The translations under genes were made by a program, and so were the position numbers. The notes beneath the pieces are model-generated. The model was not told the DNA's origin. It did not search any database and saw only the letters and a program-made list of their open reading frames with translations. DNA of 64,000 bases from Jiangellales bacterium. Its GTDB lineage: Bacteria; Actinomycetota; Actinomycetes; Jiangellales; Jiangellaceae. The DNA lies in the NCBI GenBank assembly GCA_942491665.1, contig CALOBR010000015.1, positions 7,908 to 71,907 of the forward strand. The letters are read 5' to 3'. Below, one piece after another: positions 20,273-29,779 of the stretch; the first letter of the stretch is position 1, and each line of letters opens with the position of its first letter.

Positions 20273-20680
20273 ATGAGCAACCAGCGGTCCGCGACGTACA
20301 GCAGTGGAGCTGTCGGTCTAACGGTCTTCGCGTCGGTCATGATGATCATGATCGGCACATTTCAGGCCATCGCGGGGGTAGTCGCGCTGGTCAACGATGA
20401 GTTCTATGCCGTAGCTGGCGACTGGGTGTTCAAGTTCGACGTCACCACCTGGGGCTGGGTCCATCTGTTGCTGGGTGTCGTGATCTTCGCGGCTGGCATC
20501 GCCCTCTTTGGGGGTTCGGTGTGGGCGCGAACAGTGGGTGTCGTGGTGGCCGTTATGAGCGCTGTGGTGAACTTCGCTTGGTTGCCGTGGTACCCGATCT
20601 GGGCAATCGTGATGATTACGGTCGATGTCTTCGTGATCTGGGCGCTGACGGCTCACGGGCGTGACATCACCCGGGCCTGA
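20273..20680 (+). CDS. small polytopic membrane protein (DUF7144-like); paralog of 98..493
   Basis: ATG 20273 follows GAGAGGGA. Full-length similarity to the 98..493 product. Confidence 0.75.
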   Translation: MSNQRSATYSSGAVGLTVFASVMMIMIGTFQAIAGVVALVNDEFYAVAGDWVFKFDVTTWGWVHLLLGVVIFAAGIALFGGSVWARTVGVVVAVMSAVVNFAWLPWYPIWAIVMITVDVFVIWALTAHGRDITRA

Positions 20681-20690
20681 AGGGAGACTC

Positions 20691-21212
20691 GTGCAGGAGA
20701 CTGACCCAGCGTTGGCGCCACGCGTGCCGGACGCGGTGACGGACGAGGCCGGTGTGCAGCTGGCTGTTCCTGCTGCCGCGGATCGTCGCCGGTGGGCCCG
20801 GATCACGGCCCGCAATTGGCGGCTGTTCGTTGTGCGGTTCTTCGTGGCCGGTTTGTCTGTGGTGCTCACGGTCGTCGTTGTGCCGGGTCTCGGTTTCGAC
20901 GGTTGGCGGTTGGGTCAGTTCGCCGTGATCGGGCTTGTGTACGGGCTGCTGAGCGCGTTGGTGAAGCCGGCGTTGGAGTTCTTGGCGCTGCGGTTCTTGG
21001 TCGCGACCTATGGTTTCGTGGTCGTGCTCGTCAACGCTTTGTTGCTCTACCTGCTGGCCTGGATTCTGCCCACGGTCCTCGTCTATGACCGTGTCTGGCA
21101 GTTGTTGTTGGGTGGGTTGGTGGCCGGGGCGGTGGGCATGTTCTTGGAGACGGTGGTCGGGGCGACCCAGCCGGTGCTGGACCGTCCCGCGAAGGGTGAG
21201 TCGCCCTCATGA
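20691..21212 (+). CDS. phage-holin-family (DUF360, 4-TMS superfamily IV) membrane protein
   Basis: GTG 20691 follows AGGGAG. TM pattern and the motif LVKPALEFLALRFLVATYGFVVVLVNALLLYLLAWILP. Its stop overlaps the next start (ATGA). Confidence 0.7.
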   Translation: MQETDPALAPRVPDAVTDEAGVQLAVPAAADRRRWARITARNWRLFVVRFFVAGLSVVLTVVVVPGLGFDGWRLGQFAVIGLVYGLLSALVKPALEFLALRFLVATYGFVVVLVNALLLYLLAWILPTVLVYDRVWQLLLGGLVAGAVGMFLETVVGATQPVLDRPAKGESPS

Positions 21213-22903
21213 CCCAGTTCGACACGATCAATGAGAACCGGCGCATGCAGCAGATCTACGGCGCGGTTCTGCACTACGCCGCTGACACCGTGGTGGAGGC
21301 GACGGCGTTCGGTGTTCCTCGTCGGCGGATGCAGACGTGGATCTACCGGCTGGATGAGGTTCCGCCGAGGCTGTCGACGCCGGTGCGTACCCGGCTGCTG
21401 CTGGAGGGTCTGGGCCCGACCTATGTGAAGCTGGGCCAGATCGTGTCGAGTCAGGCGAGCACGTTGCCCGATGAGTGGAAGGTTGAGCTCGACCGGTTGC
21501 AGAGTGAGGTTCCGCCGGTCCCGTACGACGTTGCTCGGCAGGTGATCATCGACGAGCTCGGTGCCCCACCGGAGGACTTGTATGCCTGGTTCGACACTAG
21601 GCCGCTTGCCGCGGCGTCGTTGGGTCAGGTGTACCGGGCCACCCTGCACGATGGGCGTGATGTGGTCGTCAAGGTGCAGCGGCCTGCGCTGGACAAGCAG
21701 GTCAAGGCCGATCTGGGCGTGACGCGGGTGGTGAGTACCTACGCTGAGCGGCGCAGCTCCTACGCGCGGGAGATCGGCCTGAAGTCGATGCTGGAGGAGT
21801 TCGGCAGCACGCTGCTCGATGAGTTGGACTACTACGGCGAGGCGTACAACATGCAGCGCCTGGCGGAGAATCTCGCCGATATCCCGGGCGTGCACATCCC
21901 GACGATCGAGCGGTCGCTGTCGACGCGGCGGGTGCTGACGCAGGAGTTCATCAGCGGTGTCAAGATCTCCGACGTCGAGGCGATGACGGCGGCCGGGCTC
22001 GACCTGCCGACGATCGGTGACTCCGCACTGCGCGCCGCCATCAAGATGCTGCTGATCGACGGCTTCTTCCACGCCGACCCGCATCCGGGCAACCTGCTTG
22101 TCAACCTTGAGACCGGGGTGGTGACGTTCCTCGACTCCGGCATGGTCGGGCAGATCACGCTCGCCCAGCGCGCCAACATGGCGATGCTGCTGTGGACGTT
22201 CGTCCAGGGGGACGTGCCGGCGATGGGGCGTCAGCTGCGCAGCCTGAGCGTGTCCTTCCGCGACGGGGTCGACGACAAGGCGTTCGACAAAGACTTCGAG
22301 CGCAAGATGGCCCGCTACGGGCGGGGTTCGGGCGCCGACATCAAGTCGGTGATGAGCGCCGGGCTGGCCGTGCTGCGCGACAACGGGTACCGGCTCGACC
22401 CACAGCTCACCCTGGCGCTGAAGTCGATGACGCAGGCGTCGGCGTTCTTCACCCCCCTGGCCCCTGAGGATCGGCTGTTCACGCAGGCCGCGCTGGAAGC
22501 AGCGATGGAGCTCGGCGAAGTCGCTCTCACCGGTGACGCTGCCAGCGAGGCGGTCAAACGCGAGGGCATCCGGCTGCTGGGCGAAGGGGCCCAGGCCTTG
22601 CCGGCGTACCTACGTGGCCTGCTCTCGTGGAACGACCAGCTCAAGCGCGGCAAGCTCACCGTCTACGTCGACACCTCCTCGCTGGACCGTCAGATGAACC
22701 AGGCACGGCAGCTGACATCCATGATCGTCGTCGCCGTGCTGGTGGCCGGGGGGCTGATCGGATCGGCGCTGGCATCCCAGGTGTTCGCCGACGCCCCCGA
22801 CCAACGCCTGGTCGCCGCCAGCCAGATCGGATTCTTCGGGTTCCTGAGCGTCGCCGCGGTACTGGTAGTCGTACTCCTGACACGCTCGATCCGACGGCGC
22901 TGA
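21209..22903 (+). CDS. ABC1/UbiB(AarF)-family atypical kinase
   Basis: LGPTYVKLGQIVSSQASTLPDEW, AAASLGQVYRA-L-DGR-VVVKVQRP and FHADPHPGN are present, with C-terminal TM helices. Confidence 0.85.
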   Translation: MTQFDTINENRRMQQIYGAVLHYAADTVVEATAFGVPRRRMQTWIYRLDEVPPRLSTPVRTRLLLEGLGPTYVKLGQIVSSQASTLPDEWKVELDRLQSEVPPVPYDVARQVIIDELGAPPEDLYAWFDTRPLAAASLGQVYRATLHDGRDVVVKVQRPALDKQVKADLGVTRVVSTYAERRSSYAREIGLKSMLEEFGSTLLDELDYYGEAYNMQRLAENLADIPGVHIPTIERSLSTRRVLTQEFISGVKISDVEAMTAAGLDLPTIGDSALRAAIKMLLIDGFFHADPHPGNLLVNLETGVVTFLDSGMVGQITLAQRANMAMLLWTFVQGDVPAMGRQLRSLSVSFRDGVDDKAFDKDFERKMARYGRGSGADIKSVMSAGLAVLRDNGYRLDPQLTLALKSMTQASAFFTPLAPEDRLFTQAALEAAMELGEVALTGDAASEAVKREGIRLLGEGAQALPAYLRGLLSWNDQLKRGKLTVYVDTSSLDRQMNQARQLTSMIVVAVLVAGGLIGSALASQVFADAPDQRLVAASQIGFFGFLSVAAVLVVVLLTRSIRRR

Positions 22904-23026
22904 CGACGCTGCGGCGATGGGCATCAGGTGGTTGTGCGATGGCCTCACGGTCCTCGGCCGGAGAAGGCGGACGATGGGTCCGGACCCCGAGCGGGGACCG
23001 GAGTCCGAGACGAAAGGGACTGACCG

Positions 23027-24292
23027 ATGACGGCACCTCAGATGCTGCCCCTTGACCGCCGGTGGTACCGAGAACTCCTGGTGGTCGCGGCGCTGGTGGG
23101 GGGCGTTGTCGGCGTGCTGGGCCTGGCCTACCTGGGCATCACGGGAGTGATGGCCGACCTCGTGTTTGGCGACCCGCGGATACAGGCTTGGTCAGGCGAG
23201 TGGTGGTGGGTGGGGGTCACCGCCGGCGGTGGGCTTGCGGTCACAGCACTGCGCCAGTGGTGGAAGGTTCCGCAGAAGGTGCCTGGCGGCGTTGCCATCA
23301 TCGAGTCGGGCGTCGTCAACCCGCGCGTGGTTCTGCCCTGGGTGGGCCTCGCGCTGGTGTCGGCGGTTGCCGGAGCGAGCCTCGGTCCGTCCTTCGCCCT
23401 GGTGATGATGGGTGGAGGGTTGGCGTCGTGGATCGCGTCGCGACGCTGGCCCGGCAACGAGGACGCCCGTCTGCAGGCGACCAGTGCCGGGATCGCCGGC
23501 GGGTTCGGGGGCGCTTTCACCTCTCCGCTGCTCGGAACGATCATGGTCAGCGAGCTGGCTCCCGTCCCGCGCCGAAAGTACATCGAGGCGGTGGTTCCGC
23601 AGCTGATCGCCGCCACCGTCGGGTTCGGGCTGTACTTCGGCGTCGTCGGAACCACGTTCTTGAACAGCTTCGCCATCCCGGTCGATGACTTCAGGCCCTC
23701 CCAGCTGCTTGTCGGAGCTGTGCTCGGGGCTGCGTCGAGCCTGCTCATGGTCACGTTCGTGGTCATCGTCAAGCTGGTGAGCATGGGAGCCGCCAAGCTC
23801 ACGCACCCCTATGTCCGCGGCGGCGTCCTCGGCGGCCTGGTGGGGCTGATCGCCGTGGCGCTGCCGTTGACGGTGGGTGCCGGCAACTCCCAGCTGACCT
23901 CAGTGATCGACAACGCGGCCACGATCAGTGTCTGGCTGCTCGTGGCCGTGCTGGTCGGCAAGATGCTGGCCATGGCACTGAGCCTGGCTGCCGGATTCAT
24001 CGGCGGCAACGTGCTTCCGATGCTGTTCGTCGGCGGTACCGCTGGAGTAATCGCCCACCAGCTCTTTCCGAGCATCCCGTACGCGATCGCCGTCGGCTGC
24101 ATGCTCTCGGCTGTCCCGGGCGCAACCATCCGGGCACCTCTCGGGCTGACAGCGATCGCGTCACTGTCCATCGGCCTGGGTCCCGTGACCACTGCCCCCG
24201 TGGCCGCTGCCGTGGTGACCGCCCACGTACTCACCTCGGCCATCGTGCGGCTCATGCAGACCCGAACTTCGGTTCCGGCCGTTCACGCCTGA
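23027..24292 (+). CDS. ClC-family chloride channel/antiporter
   Basis: About 10-12 TM helices. ClC-like motifs GASLGPS, GGFGGAFTSPL and GFIGGNVLP. Confidence 0.8.
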   Translation: MTAPQMLPLDRRWYRELLVVAALVGGVVGVLGLAYLGITGVMADLVFGDPRIQAWSGEWWWVGVTAGGGLAVTALRQWWKVPQKVPGGVAIIESGVVNPRVVLPWVGLALVSAVAGASLGPSFALVMMGGGLASWIASRRWPGNEDARLQATSAGIAGGFGGAFTSPLLGTIMVSELAPVPRRKYIEAVVPQLIAATVGFGLYFGVVGTTFLNSFAIPVDDFRPSQLLVGAVLGAASSLLMVTFVVIVKLVSMGAAKLTHPYVRGGVLGGLVGLIAVALPLTVGAGNSQLTSVIDNAATISVWLLVAVLVGKMLAMALSLAAGFIGGNVLPMLFVGGTAGVIAHQLFPSIPYAIAVGCMLSAVPGATIRAPLGLTAIASLSIGLGPVTTAPVAAAVVTAHVLTSAIVRLMQTRTSVPAVHA

Positions 24293-24318
24293 CCTGCGCC
24301 TGCGGGCCGGACGTACCT

Positions 24319-24333
24319 CACCCGACGGGGGTG
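24319..24333 (+). promoter_or_regulatory. YACCC-N5-GGGTG palindrome, site k (CACCCGACGGGGGTG)
   Basis: 86 nt upstream of ATG 24419. Confidence 0.4.
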
Positions 24334-24418
24334 ATGTGGCTGCCTACGAAGGCTCGTAGCCTCGCAAGCGAAGTCGCGCACGCAGTCGGCTGCGCGGCCA
24401 GGCAACGAGGAGTCCGAG

Positions 24419-24754
24419 ATGCCCGCAGAAGCACCCCTGCTCGACACGCTCGCCGCGATGACCGTCGCGTCAGTAGAGCTATCTGACCTTGAGCCGCGCG
24501 AGCTGATGCTCGCCCGGATCGCCGCACTCGCGGCGTCCGATGCGCCGCCTGCGTCGTATCTGGCCAATGCCGGTACCGCCATGGATGTCGGGGTAACCCT
24601 TGAGGACGTCCAGGGCGTCCTCGTCGCCGTGGCGCCGATCATCGGCTCGCCGCGTGCCGTCACTGCCGCAGGCAACGTTGCCGAGGCCTTGGGCTTCGCC
24701 ATCCTGGCGATCGAGGATGAGATCGCCGCGGCCATCGAGTCCGAGCTCGACTAG
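24419..24754 (+). CDS. carboxymuconolactone-decarboxylase (AhpD-like) family protein
   Basis: 111 aa with the helical CMD pattern (LARIAALAASDAP...GVTLEDVQGVLVAVAPIIG). Confidence 0.55.
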   Translation: MPAEAPLLDTLAAMTVASVELSDLEPRELMLARIAALAASDAPPASYLANAGTAMDVGVTLEDVQGVLVAVAPIIGSPRAVTAAGNVAEALGFAILAIEDEIAAAIESELD

Positions 24755-24875
24755 CCGGCCACCATGCGGGGCACGTGCATCTGTCGACCAGGCCGTCGGG
24801 CTCTCTCCGCGCAGTGCTGTGTCACCAGTCAACCGGATTCTCACTGAGGCCGGACCAGCCATTGAGGGAGTAGAG

Positions 24876-25409
24876 ATGCAGGGGTTGGACACATTCGCAG
24901 CATTCGGGGCGACCTACGGTTCGCTCGACGACGCCGAGGCCGACTACGAGGCCATCAAGGCGCTGTACTACGACGCCGGGATTATCGACACGTTCGACGC
25001 TGCCGTCATCACGAAGACTGACAAGGGCAAGGTCAAGATTGTGAAGAAGCACGAGCAGCCGCTGCGTCAGGGTGCGTGGGTCGGTGGGGGCCTCGGCCTG
25101 GCGACCGGGCTGTGCGTTGCGCTGTTCCCGGCGGTCGCCGTGGGTGCCGGGATCGCCTGGGGTACCGGCATCGGTGCCGGGCTCGGTGCGCTCGCCGGCC
25201 ATGCGGCCGGCGGCATGAGCCGCTCCGACCTGAAGGACCTCGGTGAGTCCTTGGACAACGGTGAAGCCGCCGTCGTCGCGATTGCTGCGGTCGCAGTCGC
25301 AGACCGAGTCGAAGCGGCGCTCAACCGAGCAGACAAGGTGGAGCGCAAGGAGATGAAGGCCGACGCTGACGCCGTCAAGGCCGACGTGGCCGAGGCAGCC
25401 ACCGAGTAG
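24876..25409 (+). CDS. DUF1269-like glycine-zipper membrane protein, paralog 2
   Basis: ATG 24876 follows GAGGGAG. Same N-domain and glycine-zipper layout (GAWVGGGLGLATG...GAGIAWGTGIGAGLGALAGHAAGG). Confidence 0.65.
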   Translation: MQGLDTFAAFGATYGSLDDAEADYEAIKALYYDAGIIDTFDAAVITKTDKGKVKIVKKHEQPLRQGAWVGGGLGLATGLCVALFPAVAVGAGIAWGTGIGAGLGALAGHAAGGMSRSDLKDLGESLDNGEAAVVAIAAVAVADRVEAALNRADKVERKEMKADADAVKADVAEAATE

Positions 25410-25514
25410 GCGCCAGCAACCCGTTCGCGGCCGCTGGGCCGACCAAGCTCGGCGGCCCGGGCCGTCCGGTGGGCCCAGTCGGCCAGTTGACTGTCGAGCG
25501 TTGGGAGATCAGTT

Positions 25515-27254
25515 GTGACGAAAGATGCGGCCACTCGTTCCGACGAGACCCCGGGACTGATCAAGCGGTCCCTGCCCATTCTGGTGTGGCTGCCGCAGTA
25601 CCAGCGGTCGTGGTTGAAGAGCGACGTGGTTGCCGGCCTCTCAGTCTGGGCCCTGATGGTGCCTACGTCGCTGGGCTACGCGACGCTCAGCGGCGTCCCC
25701 GTGCAGAACGGGTTGTACGCGGCCGCAGCCGGGCTGATCGTATTCGCGATCTTCACTACCTCGAGGCAGGTCACCCAGGGCCCATCGTCGTCCACGGCGC
25801 CCGTGCTCGGTGCAGCCGTGGTCTCGCTGGCCACTGCGGGGTCCGAGGACGCCGTGGCTGTGGCTGCCGCGGTGGTGCTGACCGCCGGACTTCTGTTCGT
25901 TGTGATGGCCGTGCTGAAGATGGGATGGATCTCGCAGTTCCTGTCAGCGGCGGTGCTGACAGGCTTCACGTTTGGTGTCGCCATCAACGTCGCTTCCGGT
26001 GAGCTCTTCAAGATCACTGGCACTGACTCGGCGGGGTCGAACACGTGGCAGAAGGTAGGCAACTGGGTGTCGAGCCTGCCCGAGGCGAACGGCACCACGC
26101 TCGTGGTCGGAATGGCAGCGCTTGTGCTGCTCTTCGGTCTCAAGCTGCTTGCGCCCAAGGTCCCCGCTGCTCTGGTGGCAGTCATCCTGGGCATCCTCGC
26201 CACGAGGGTGCTTGACCTCGGTGACCGCGACGTCGAGCTCATCGCCGAGGTGCCACGCGGTCTGCCCAGCCCAGTGATACCTGACTTCGGACTGATCCTG
26301 GACAACCTGGCGACCATCGTCAGCGCGGCGGTTGGCCTGCTACTCATCGGGTTCTCCGTGACTACGGCCGCTGTCAGGCAGTACGCGACGAAGCACAACT
26401 ACCGGGTCGACATCAATCAGGAACTCCTCGCGCAGGGCATGTCCAACGTCTCATCGAGCATGTTCCAGGGCATCTTCAACAACGGCTCCCTCTCCAAGAG
26501 CCCCGTCAACGATGATGCGGGCGCGAAGTCTCAGGTGTCGAACCTGGCGCAGTCCGTGTTCATCATCCTGACCCTGCTGTTCCTCGCCCCCCTGTTCTCT
26601 GACCTGCCTGAGGCCGTGCTGGGCGCCATCATCATCGAGGCCGTCGTGATGGGCATGATGGACGTCGGCGAGATGAGGCGGTTGCTCTCGGTCAAGCCGT
26701 TCGAGTTCGCCGCGGCACTCGCCGCGCTGCTGGGCGTCATGACGTTCGGTATCCTGCCGGGCGTCTTCATCGGGGTCGGACTGTCCATGATCTGGTTGGT
26801 CGCCGTGTCCGCCCTCCCGTACATCCCGGACCTCGGGCGCAAGCCCGGGACCGATGCGTTCTTCGACGTCGACAGGCACGAGGACTGCGAGACGTACCCC
26901 GGTCTTACCATCCTTCGCTTCGACGGTGGCCTGTTCTTCGTCAACGCCGACGCCTTGTCCGACCGTGTGCGCCAGATCCGCATCGAGTCGACTGCGTCGA
27001 TGCAGGGGGTCGTCCTCAGCATGGAGGGCGTCAACTTCATCGACACCGAAGGCGCCGACGTGCTGAAGGCGATCGCCAGGGCCGGCACGGACCGGAGCAT
27101 CGACCTGTACCTCGCACGCGTCAAGCCACAAGTGGTCGAGGTACTGGAACGGGATGGCTTCTTCGACCTCGTCTCCCGCGACCACGTCAGCGACGACATC
27201 GCTGCCGCAGTCAGACTTCACGCCCAGCGTCACCCCGCCGCGGCGCGCGAGTAG
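25515..27254 (+). CDS. SulP-family anion transporter with STAS domain, copy 2
   Basis: 579 aa with a SulP N-terminus (WLPQYQRSWLKSDVVAGLSVWALMVPTSLGYATLSG) and a STAS tail. Confidence 0.85.
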   Translation: MTKDAATRSDETPGLIKRSLPILVWLPQYQRSWLKSDVVAGLSVWALMVPTSLGYATLSGVPVQNGLYAAAAGLIVFAIFTTSRQVTQGPSSSTAPVLGAAVVSLATAGSEDAVAVAAAVVLTAGLLFVVMAVLKMGWISQFLSAAVLTGFTFGVAINVASGELFKITGTDSAGSNTWQKVGNWVSSLPEANGTTLVVGMAALVLLFGLKLLAPKVPAALVAVILGILATRVLDLGDRDVELIAEVPRGLPSPVIPDFGLILDNLATIVSAAVGLLLIGFSVTTAAVRQYATKHNYRVDINQELLAQGMSNVSSSMFQGIFNNGSLSKSPVNDDAGAKSQVSNLAQSVFIILTLLFLAPLFSDLPEAVLGAIIIEAVVMGMMDVGEMRRLLSVKPFEFAAALAALLGVMTFGILPGVFIGVGLSMIWLVAVSALPYIPDLGRKPGTDAFFDVDRHEDCETYPGLTILRFDGGLFFVNADALSDRVRQIRIESTASMQGVVLSMEGVNFIDTEGADVLKAIARAGTDRSIDLYLARVKPQVVEVLERDGFFDLVSRDHVSDDIAAAVRLHAQRHPAAARE

Positions 27255-27321
27255 CTCTGATGACGAAAGGCGACCCCTGCCGAGTCGGTGGCGCCCGACC
27301 GGCTGCTCCTGAGGCTGTGCC

Positions 27322-28185
27322 ATGGTCTGGTTGGACGCTGTCCACAACCCGGAGGGCCGCGTGACCCCGTCAGCTCCGAGCGGACTGCGCCTCGCACACG
27401 TGTCCGACATCCACGTCGGTGCTCATGACGACAGCGCGATCGAGGGGCTGGTCGCCGATCTCCATTCTGCGGGCGTGGCTGCGACGGTCGTCACGGGGGA
27501 CCTGACGATGAGAGCACGGACCCACCAGTTCGTTCGCGCCGTTGAGCTCGTCGGTCGATTTCCGTCTCCCACGATGATCGTTCTGGGGAACCACGACCTG
27601 CCCCTGACCAACCCGCTCAGACGGTTGGCAGCTCCCTATGCCAAATTCCAGGCTCAGGTCACCGACGAGCTCGACCCGATTCTTGATCTCGGCACTGTGC
27701 GGATCCAGGGCCTGGGGTCGATGCCGCGCTGGCGATGGAAGTCGGGCCGGGTCTCCGGTCGGCAGACCGACCTGATCCGTGCCACATTCGCCGATTCCCC
27801 GCCGTCAACAGCCCGGGTGGTCGCGCTGCACCACCCGCCGAGTTTGACGAACCTGGAATCGTTGGCGGGCCGCGCTGACTTCGAGCACGCGCTGGTGGAT
27901 GCCGAGATTGACGTCGTCCTGGCGGGGCACACCCACGTTCCCGCGGTCCAGGTGCTGCAGGTGGCTTCGGGTTCGCGGGTCCGGCGGATCGTCGAAGTCG
28001 TGGCCGGCACCGCGACCAGTGACCGTACTCGCGGCGTGGAGCAATCCTGGTCGCTGCTGGAGTTCGCCGCGGAGACGGTCACGGTGACTGAGCGCTTCGC
28101 CGGTGAAGGGCGGTGGCGGCCCGGTCCGAAGCAGTCATTCCGGCTCTCACCTGGCGCCCACCGCCCAGCAGGCGCGTCGGGATGA
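27322..28185 (+). CDS. metallophosphoesterase
   Basis: Calcineurin-like motifs: HVSDIHVG, TGDLT, GNHD, LHHPP, GHTHVP. Confidence 0.8.
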   Translation: MVWLDAVHNPEGRVTPSAPSGLRLAHVSDIHVGAHDDSAIEGLVADLHSAGVAATVVTGDLTMRARTHQFVRAVELVGRFPSPTMIVLGNHDLPLTNPLRRLAAPYAKFQAQVTDELDPILDLGTVRIQGLGSMPRWRWKSGRVSGRQTDLIRATFADSPPSTARVVALHHPPSLTNLESLAGRADFEHALVDAEIDVVLAGHTHVPAVQVLQVASGSRVRRIVEVVAGTATSDRTRGVEQSWSLLEFAAETVTVTERFAGEGRWRPGPKQSFRLSPGAHRPAGASG

Positions 28186-28249
28186 GTGCTGTTCTTCGGG
28201 GCCGCCAGTGTGTGACCAGACTGTCCCGAGCCCGGAAGGGGGTGCGGTT

Positions 28250-29545
28250 GTGTCCCGTCGTGTTGCCGCCGCGCTAGCACTGCTGTCCCTGGTCGTCGGT
28301 GGGGCGCTGCTGGTGTTCTTGGTCGTCGCGGAGTTCCCCCGCGGCCTGATCGCGCTTGCCCTGCTGGTGCTGGCGGCAACGGCTGGGTGGCGTGGCCTGA
28401 TCCGCACGGGGGGCGCTCGCCTGTGGCTGTGGGTCGGGGCCGGCGCGCTGCTGCTGGGTGCGCTGGCTGTCGTGCTCGTCGATGGGATCCGCCCGGCCGG
28501 GCTGGTGGGCATCGTTCTCGTCGTGCTGACCGTCGCGGCCAGCACGCGGGCGTTCTCCGTGCACCTGCACCTGCCAGCAGCACCTCGACCCACTCGGGCG
28601 GTGGTCGCCTACAACATCAAGTCCGGTGGTGGCAAAGCAGTGCGCGACAACCTGGCGCAGGAGGCGCGCTCCCGCGGGATCACCCCGCGGGAGCTGAAGC
28701 CCGGCGAGGACTGGGAGCAGGTAGTGCGCGACCTGGTCGACGGCGGCGCCGACGGGCTGATGGCGGCCGGCGGGGACGGGACGCAGGCGCTGGTGGCTAC
28801 CATCGCGGCCGAGCATGACCTCCCCTTCGCCTGCATCCCGGCCGGCACTCGCAACCACTTCGCCCTGGACCTCGGCGTTGACCGCAACGACGTGGTCGGT
28901 GCGCTGGACGCCTTCGTCGACGGCGGGGAGAAGAGGGTCGACCTGGGCGAGGTCGGTGGCCGGGTGTTCGTGAACAACGTGTCCTTCGGTTTGTACGCCG
29001 AGGCAGTGCAGAGCAAGGGCTATCGGGACGCGAAGATCCGCACCCTCCTCGACACCGTGCCGACCGCGGTGGGGCCCGGTCAGGACGGCACCCAGCGCCC
29101 GCTGCGCTGGATCGGGCCGGACGGCACACCGCACTCGTCCGCGATGGTGATCTTGGTGTCCAACAACGTGTACCGGCTGGGCAAGGCCATCGGCTCGGGC
29201 ACCCGCCCCCGCATGGACGCCGGGGTCCTCGGGGTCGCAGTCATGGGCGCCCCATCCCCCAGCGGCCACATCCCGCCCTTGCTGCAGTGGGCCACGCCGG
29301 TGCTCGTGGTCGATTCCGACGGCGACGTCCCAGTCGGCGTCGACGGCGAGGCGCTGATGCTGCCGACACCGCTGACCTTGCGGATCCGACCCGCTGCGCT
29401 GCGCGTCCGCATCGCCCCGCAGCACCCGGGTGCGTCTCCGGCCTACGCCCAGCCGACAGGGATCCGCGACGCCATACGCGACCTGGTGCGCATCGCCGGG
29501 GGCGCTTCGCCCGCGGCGCCGGGCGGCTCCTCCACCGGGCTTTGA
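28250..29545 (+). CDS. diacylglycerol-kinase-family lipid kinase with N-terminal TM helices
   Basis: GTG 28250 follows GGAAGGGGG. The track ORF start at 28103 overlaps the upstream gene. DAGK catalytic signature AAGGDGT and IPAGTRNHFA. Confidence 0.8.
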   Translation: MSRRVAAALALLSLVVGGALLVFLVVAEFPRGLIALALLVLAATAGWRGLIRTGGARLWLWVGAGALLLGALAVVLVDGIRPAGLVGIVLVVLTVAASTRAFSVHLHLPAAPRPTRAVVAYNIKSGGGKAVRDNLAQEARSRGITPRELKPGEDWEQVVRDLVDGGADGLMAAGGDGTQALVATIAAEHDLPFACIPAGTRNHFALDLGVDRNDVVGALDAFVDGGEKRVDLGEVGGRVFVNNVSFGLYAEAVQSKGYRDAKIRTLLDTVPTAVGPGQDGTQRPLRWIGPDGTPHSSAMVILVSNNVYRLGKAIGSGTRPRMDAGVLGVAVMGAPSPSGHIPPLLQWATPVLVVDSDGDVPVGVDGEALMLPTPLTLRIRPAALRVRIAPQHPGASPAYAQPTGIRDAIRDLVRIAGGASPAAPGGSSTGL

Positions 29546-29664
29546 TCGTCAACTCCCTTCATGCCGAGGGCACTGCCGAGCACAGGGTCGTGGACTCGTG
29601 CTCCTTTTCCGTTGGCCTGGCCGGGTGTTGACCCTGAACTCCGACGTGGCGGGTCTGGGCACCT

Positions 29665-29679
29665 CACCCGCTACGGGTA
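29665..29679. promoter_or_regulatory. YACCC-N5-GGGTG palindrome, site h (CACCCGCTACGGGTA)
   Basis: 101 nt upstream of ATG 29780. The flanking bases fit the oriented consensus better on the minus strand. Confidence 0.35.
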
Positions 29680-29779
29680 GTCCGGCCTTGGCCGTGCCGG
29701 TCTAGCCTCGGTCGATGAAAGGTCCGTGAACTCGTCACGGGGCCGTCACGACACCTGGACGTAGGTCTGGAGGGCTTTC

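Noticed and set aside
19142-20680. The 512-aa track ORF taken as a single fusion protein.
   Set aside because: The C-terminal 135 aa form a complete paralog of 98..493 with its own RBS and an upstream palindrome site. The linker is Arg/Pro-rich and looks non-coding. It is treated as two units with an unresolved upstream boundary.
22983-22997. GACCCCGAGCGGGGA, 30 nt upstream of the ClC gene, as a twelfth motif site.
   Set aside because: The second half-site is poor (GGGGA) and the distance to the start (30 nt) is atypical. It is too weak to count.
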